From Takakia lepidozioides (lineage: Eukaryota; Plantae; Bryophyta): 64,000 nucleotides of DNA. Of the stretch, positions 60,423-64,000 are shown piece by piece. A program made the position numbers and the translations under genes. How positions within the stretch are numbered: the first letter of the stretch is position 1; every line of letters begins with the position of its first letter. The stretch covers positions 43,958,001 through 44,022,000 of the forward strand of contig CM060731.1 in NCBI GenBank assembly GCA_030704615.1, in the 5' to 3' direction. Under the pieces are notes generated by a model that saw only the letters and a list, made by a program, of their open reading frames with translations, had not been told where the DNA came from and did no database searches.

Positions 60423-61511
60423 TTAGCTCCAATTGAAAAGCACCCCGGACATGACCAAGACCGCTCGACCTCGTACGTAGACGCGCCCAGCAGGATTGTC
60501 CACTCTTAGACTCAACGCTCCCCCTCTTTTGGAAGCTTGGTAGGCCTTCAAATTTTGCTTCCCAAGCTTGGCCAACCAATACGGCGCGAGCGCACAATGC
60601 GCGCTCCCACACACTGGGTCCTCATCGATGCCAAACCTAGGACAGAAAAACCTGGAGACAAAATCATAGGGAGACTCTGCGGAAGCACGAGCTGTTACGA
60701 GCACCCCGCGACCGCTGCAACGCATGATTTCCTCCATCTTGGCATCCATCCCAGCGACCTCCTCTGCACTTGCAACCTCAACAAGAAAATCGCCCGAAGC
60801 AGTTCTTCCAGTTGAGACCGGAGTACATCGGTGCAGAGTGTGACAGAGGTGCTTCAGGTCCGTGGAAGGGCAAGGCGACGTTGACACAAGGGGGAAATCA
60901 AGCTCCACTAGTCCCTGCCATTCTAAGTCGTCCATGACCTTGCGAACACTTAGCAAACCAGATCTTGTGAAAAATTGAATCGCAGAGCCAGTCACCATGC
61001 CAGATGCAAACAGCAAGTATGATGCTGCCAATGTTGCATGGCCACAGAGATCCACTTCCACGACGGGAGTGAACCACCTCAGATCATACTGATCTACTGT
61101 CGCTTCATCACCATCTCCATTCTCATGAGCTGTCCGTCCGTTGACCTCCTTCCATCCTGTTCGTTCATCGCCACCTCCTTCCCCATTCACTCCATTGAAA
61201 TACTCGCACTGTCCTCCTACACCATAACTTTGAGCCGATCGCTTCACCAGGAAAGCAGTTTGAGACACATTGAATTCTGCAGCCACCTGCTGTATCCATT
61301 TTGCATCCTTGTGGTACAGCAGACAACACACAACCGCTGGATTTCCCGAAAACTGTTTATCTGTGAAGGCATCCACCTGAGCATAATCTATAAATCCCTC
61401 ACACTGCGAGGAGAAGCCTTTCTGCACGCCCACTGCTTTGGATATGGGGAAGAAGGACGCCATAACCAGACCTCCAGACACGCTCTGGAATTCATTCACT
61501 TTTTCAACCAT
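60423..61511 (-). CDS. PhzC/PhzF-family (DapF-fold) protein, D-amino acid racemase (DAAR)-like, intronless
   Basis: QVDAFTDKQFSGNPAVV, AAEFNVSQTAFL, LRWFTPVVEVDLCGHATLA, FFTRSGLL, ELDFP, YDFVSRFFCP..GIDEDPVCGSAHCALAPYW, AYQASKRGG. Start is the ATG at 61511 or 61463. Confidence 0.95.
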   Translation of the reverse strand: MVEKVNEFQSVSGGLVMASFFPISKAVGVQKGFSSQCEGFIDYAQVDAFTDKQFSGNPAVVCCLLYHKDAKWIQQVAAEFNVSQTAFLVKRSAQSYGVGGQCEYFNGVNGEGGGDERTGWKEVNGRTAHENGDGDEATVDQYDLRWFTPVVEVDLCGHATLAASYLLFASGMVTGSAIQFFTRSGLLSVRKVMDDLEWQGLVELDFPLVSTSPCPSTDLKHLCHTLHRCTPVSTGRTASGDFLVEVASAEEVAGMDAKMEEIMRCSGRGVLVTARASAESPYDFVSRFFCPRFGIDEDPVCGSAHCALAPYWLAKLGKQNLKAYQASKRGGALSLRVDNPAGRVYVRGRAVLVMSGVLFNWS

Positions 61512-61999
61512 ACTTACCCCCCTTAGCAATTTATTTGATTTTCGAATTTCGGCTTTCAATCCCTGTTTTATAGGACACTCAGTGTCGATTCATGGCACAA
61601 AGAGATTTGAACTCTAGATCTTCTGGGAGCCATGGACGTTGTGCACAGAGTAGATGTTCCCGCCCTTGTTTCAAGTTGAAGGCTTCTCTGTCCCCTTCGT
61701 CTCTCTCGCTCTCTCGCTCCATCGGAGCTCAAATTGTGGTCGCAATCGACGCAGACAGAGTAGTTGGAGGTGCGTAGGCCTTCAATTGAAGGTAGCAGCA
61801 CTTTTTTTGAACTGGCAGTCTTTCACTTCTGTCTGTTACAGTCTGGTTTCGACAGACCTTGACGTTGTTTGATTAGTAAGAGTGTGCAGACCTCAGGGTT
61901 TGTATGGAAGGTAGCAGAACTCATTGTTACTGTCCCCCTGCCACATAGTCTGGGCCAGTCTATTCGGCGCAGTTTTGAACTTTGTTCTCGTCTGTGTGA

Positions 62000-62023
62000 G
62001 TGTGTGTGTGTGTGTGTGTGTGT
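62000..62023. repeat. (GT)12 microsatellite in the SMC4 leader
   Basis: Directly visible in the sequence. Confidence 0.95.
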
Positions 62024-62109
62024 ACCTGCATCGCAAGGGCAGTGGAGCAAATATGACTTCTCGGGAGGCTTTTTCCTCCTTCTAGTTGCTGTACAGAATT
62101 GTGGCGGGA

Positions 62110-64000
62110 ATGGGACGAGTGAGTTCGGCGGCCCCTGAGGGGGCCCCGGCTCCCCACCAGAATCGGCCAAGGTTGTTCATCAAGGAAATGGTGTTGGAGA
62201 ATTTTAAGTCGTATGCTGGGAAGCAGTTCATTGGACCTTTTCATAAGGTGATTATTTCCCTTTATGTAGTTTCCTTCATGTACAGCACGAAGATACCTTG
62301 GCATTCCACTCATCCAGCAAATTTTCATCACGTCATTGCGTTCTGGTTTGAGATTGGAGTATCACTGGAGAGGTCTACTTCTGTGCTTGCAGTGCTTCTC
62401 GGCAGTTGTGGGGCCAAATGGCAGCGGGAAAAGCAACGTTATTGATGCCATGCTCTTCGTCTTTGGCAAACGTGCTAAACAGGTCTGGTTCTTTATAACT
62501 GGAAGCCCAATAGTGAGAATTGTCATGTTAACTGTAAGAGTCATCAACAACCTCTTTCATGTATCCATCACATTTCTCACGTTTCTCTCACAGACTTTAA
62601 TGCAGCTACTTAAGTCTCCAAAGAAAATTGCTGTGTTTGATAATCTTAGCAGCTAAAAGTGCTGATTTGGGAAGTGCAGATGCGGTTGAACAAGGTGTCA
62701 GAGCTTATCCACAACTCCACCAACCATCAAAACTTGGAGAAGGCCTCTGTGTCTGTGCATTTCCAGGAGATCATTGACCTGGTAGAGCTCTTTCAGTCCT
62801 TGGAGAGCCTAAGGGCCCTCAGAAGAGAGTAAGAAGGGAGTTTTCTGTTTATCTGCCATATGTAGTTTGTTTTGAGTTTAAATTTCTAGTATCCAAAAGC
62901 TGTCTGAAGTTCTGCACAGAATCTATCTTACTAGGTTACATTGGGCTGCATGTTGTGGTGGGGCCAGGAAGGCGATGCTTATGAGGCTGTACCTGGATCA
63001 GAGTTTTCGCTCACGCGAGTTGCCCTCCGGGACAACTCCTCAAAGTACTACATTGACAACCGCACCAGTACCTTCACTGAAGTCACCAAGATGCTGAGAG
63101 CCAAAGGGGTAGACCTTGAACACAACCGTTTCCTCATTTTGCAGGTGAGACCAGTTGAATCCACAGTAACTGTGTAGCAAAACCATGAGTGTGCTTTGGG
63201 CTACTGTTTTCATAGATAAATTTGCAGCTTTGTGGAAAGGTTGAGGAAGAGGAATTGTTTCACAACCGTCCTGCCACAGTGGTTATAAGATTCTAAAGAA
63301 CCCTTTTTTTAGCTTATACCAAGCATTATCAACCCATGAGATTGATGAGCTGGTGGAAAAAGGAGCACGCACAGACTGGTACTTTGGACAACCCATACCT
63401 TATGGGACTTAAGACCTGCTATTGGAGGCTTCTCCCTTCTTTCAATACTTGTCTTTCCCTTTGACGGTAGATTCATGCTGCACAAAGCAGTCTGGGACTG
63501 GGAATTCTGCAGACCAATGAGATAGCTAAAAATGATTGCTGGAGGTCGTTGTAGGGGGAGGTTGAGCAGATATCATTGATGAAGCCTAAGGCGCAGGGTC
63601 CTCATGATGAAGGGTTTTTGGAATACCTGGAAGACATAATTGGCTCAAATCAATATGTCGAAGGCATTCAGGGGGCCACCGAACAGTAAGTGTGACCCTC
63701 TACGACAAAGTCATTTATCAAGTGGTTTTGTCCTGTATGTTTCTATCACAACTACATTTGATGTGCTAGACTAGAGTCAAACTACCCCGTTTTATCCTCT
63801 GTCTGGATTAGACCTTAATTCATGTATTGAACATGCAACATGATTTAGGTTGGAATTATTGAACGAGAAACGGGATAGTATGGTGCAGCGAGTCAAGATT
63901 GCAGAGAAGGAGAAGGATGGTCTGGAGGTAACACTGGTCTTTTCCCCTTCAGAAATGTGATGTAGTCGATGTGAATCACCAACCACAATTTGATTGCAGA
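62110..64000 (+). CDS. SMC4: Structural maintenance of chromosomes protein 4 (condensin CAP-C), 5' part; continues beyond the window
   Basis: RLFIKEMVLENFKSYAG..IGPFHK, FSAVVGPNGSGKSNVIDAMLFVFGKRAKQ, MRLNKVSELIHNS, GVDLEHNRFLILQGEVEQISLMKPK, HDEGFLEYLEDIIG. Confidence 0.96.

Noticed and set aside
60423-61559. PhzF gene as a recent bacterial transfer or phenazine pathway
   Set aside because: The family is widespread in plants, no other phz genes are nearby and the composition matches the host.

Overview
Eukaryotic nuclear DNA from a land plant, most likely a seed-free lineage (bryophyte or lycophyte). This is inferred from the intron-rich genes, the PLS-class PPR repeats and the Gypsy RT type. 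The first ~10.8 kb is decayed retroelement sequence: a Ty3/Gypsy RT-RNaseH, an oppositely oriented Gypsy integrase, a LINE ORF1-like relic and degenerate repeats. A gene-dense block follows, in order: a PLS-E PPR pseudogene whose N-terminus is inverted; an orphan ORF; a 19(+1)-exon UDP-glucose pyrophosphorylase-like gene with degenerate active-site motifs; DEAD-box helicase RH22; a frameshifted F-box gene; an intronless glycine-rich RRM gene; the PGP phosphatase PGPP1; a damaged glycerate 3-kinase (GLYK); POP5; a hAT-type MITE; BIO3-BIO1; a PhzF/DapF-fold racemase-like gene; and the 5' part of SMC4. The best novelty candidate is the UGPase-like gene. Its exons read cleanly in frame, but the nucleotide- and sugar-binding motifs are replaced, and the ancestral stop codon overlaps a strong splice donor that would add an unrecognised acidic 86-aa tail. 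Gene models were spliced by eye, so exon boundaries are approximate and no database searches were run.
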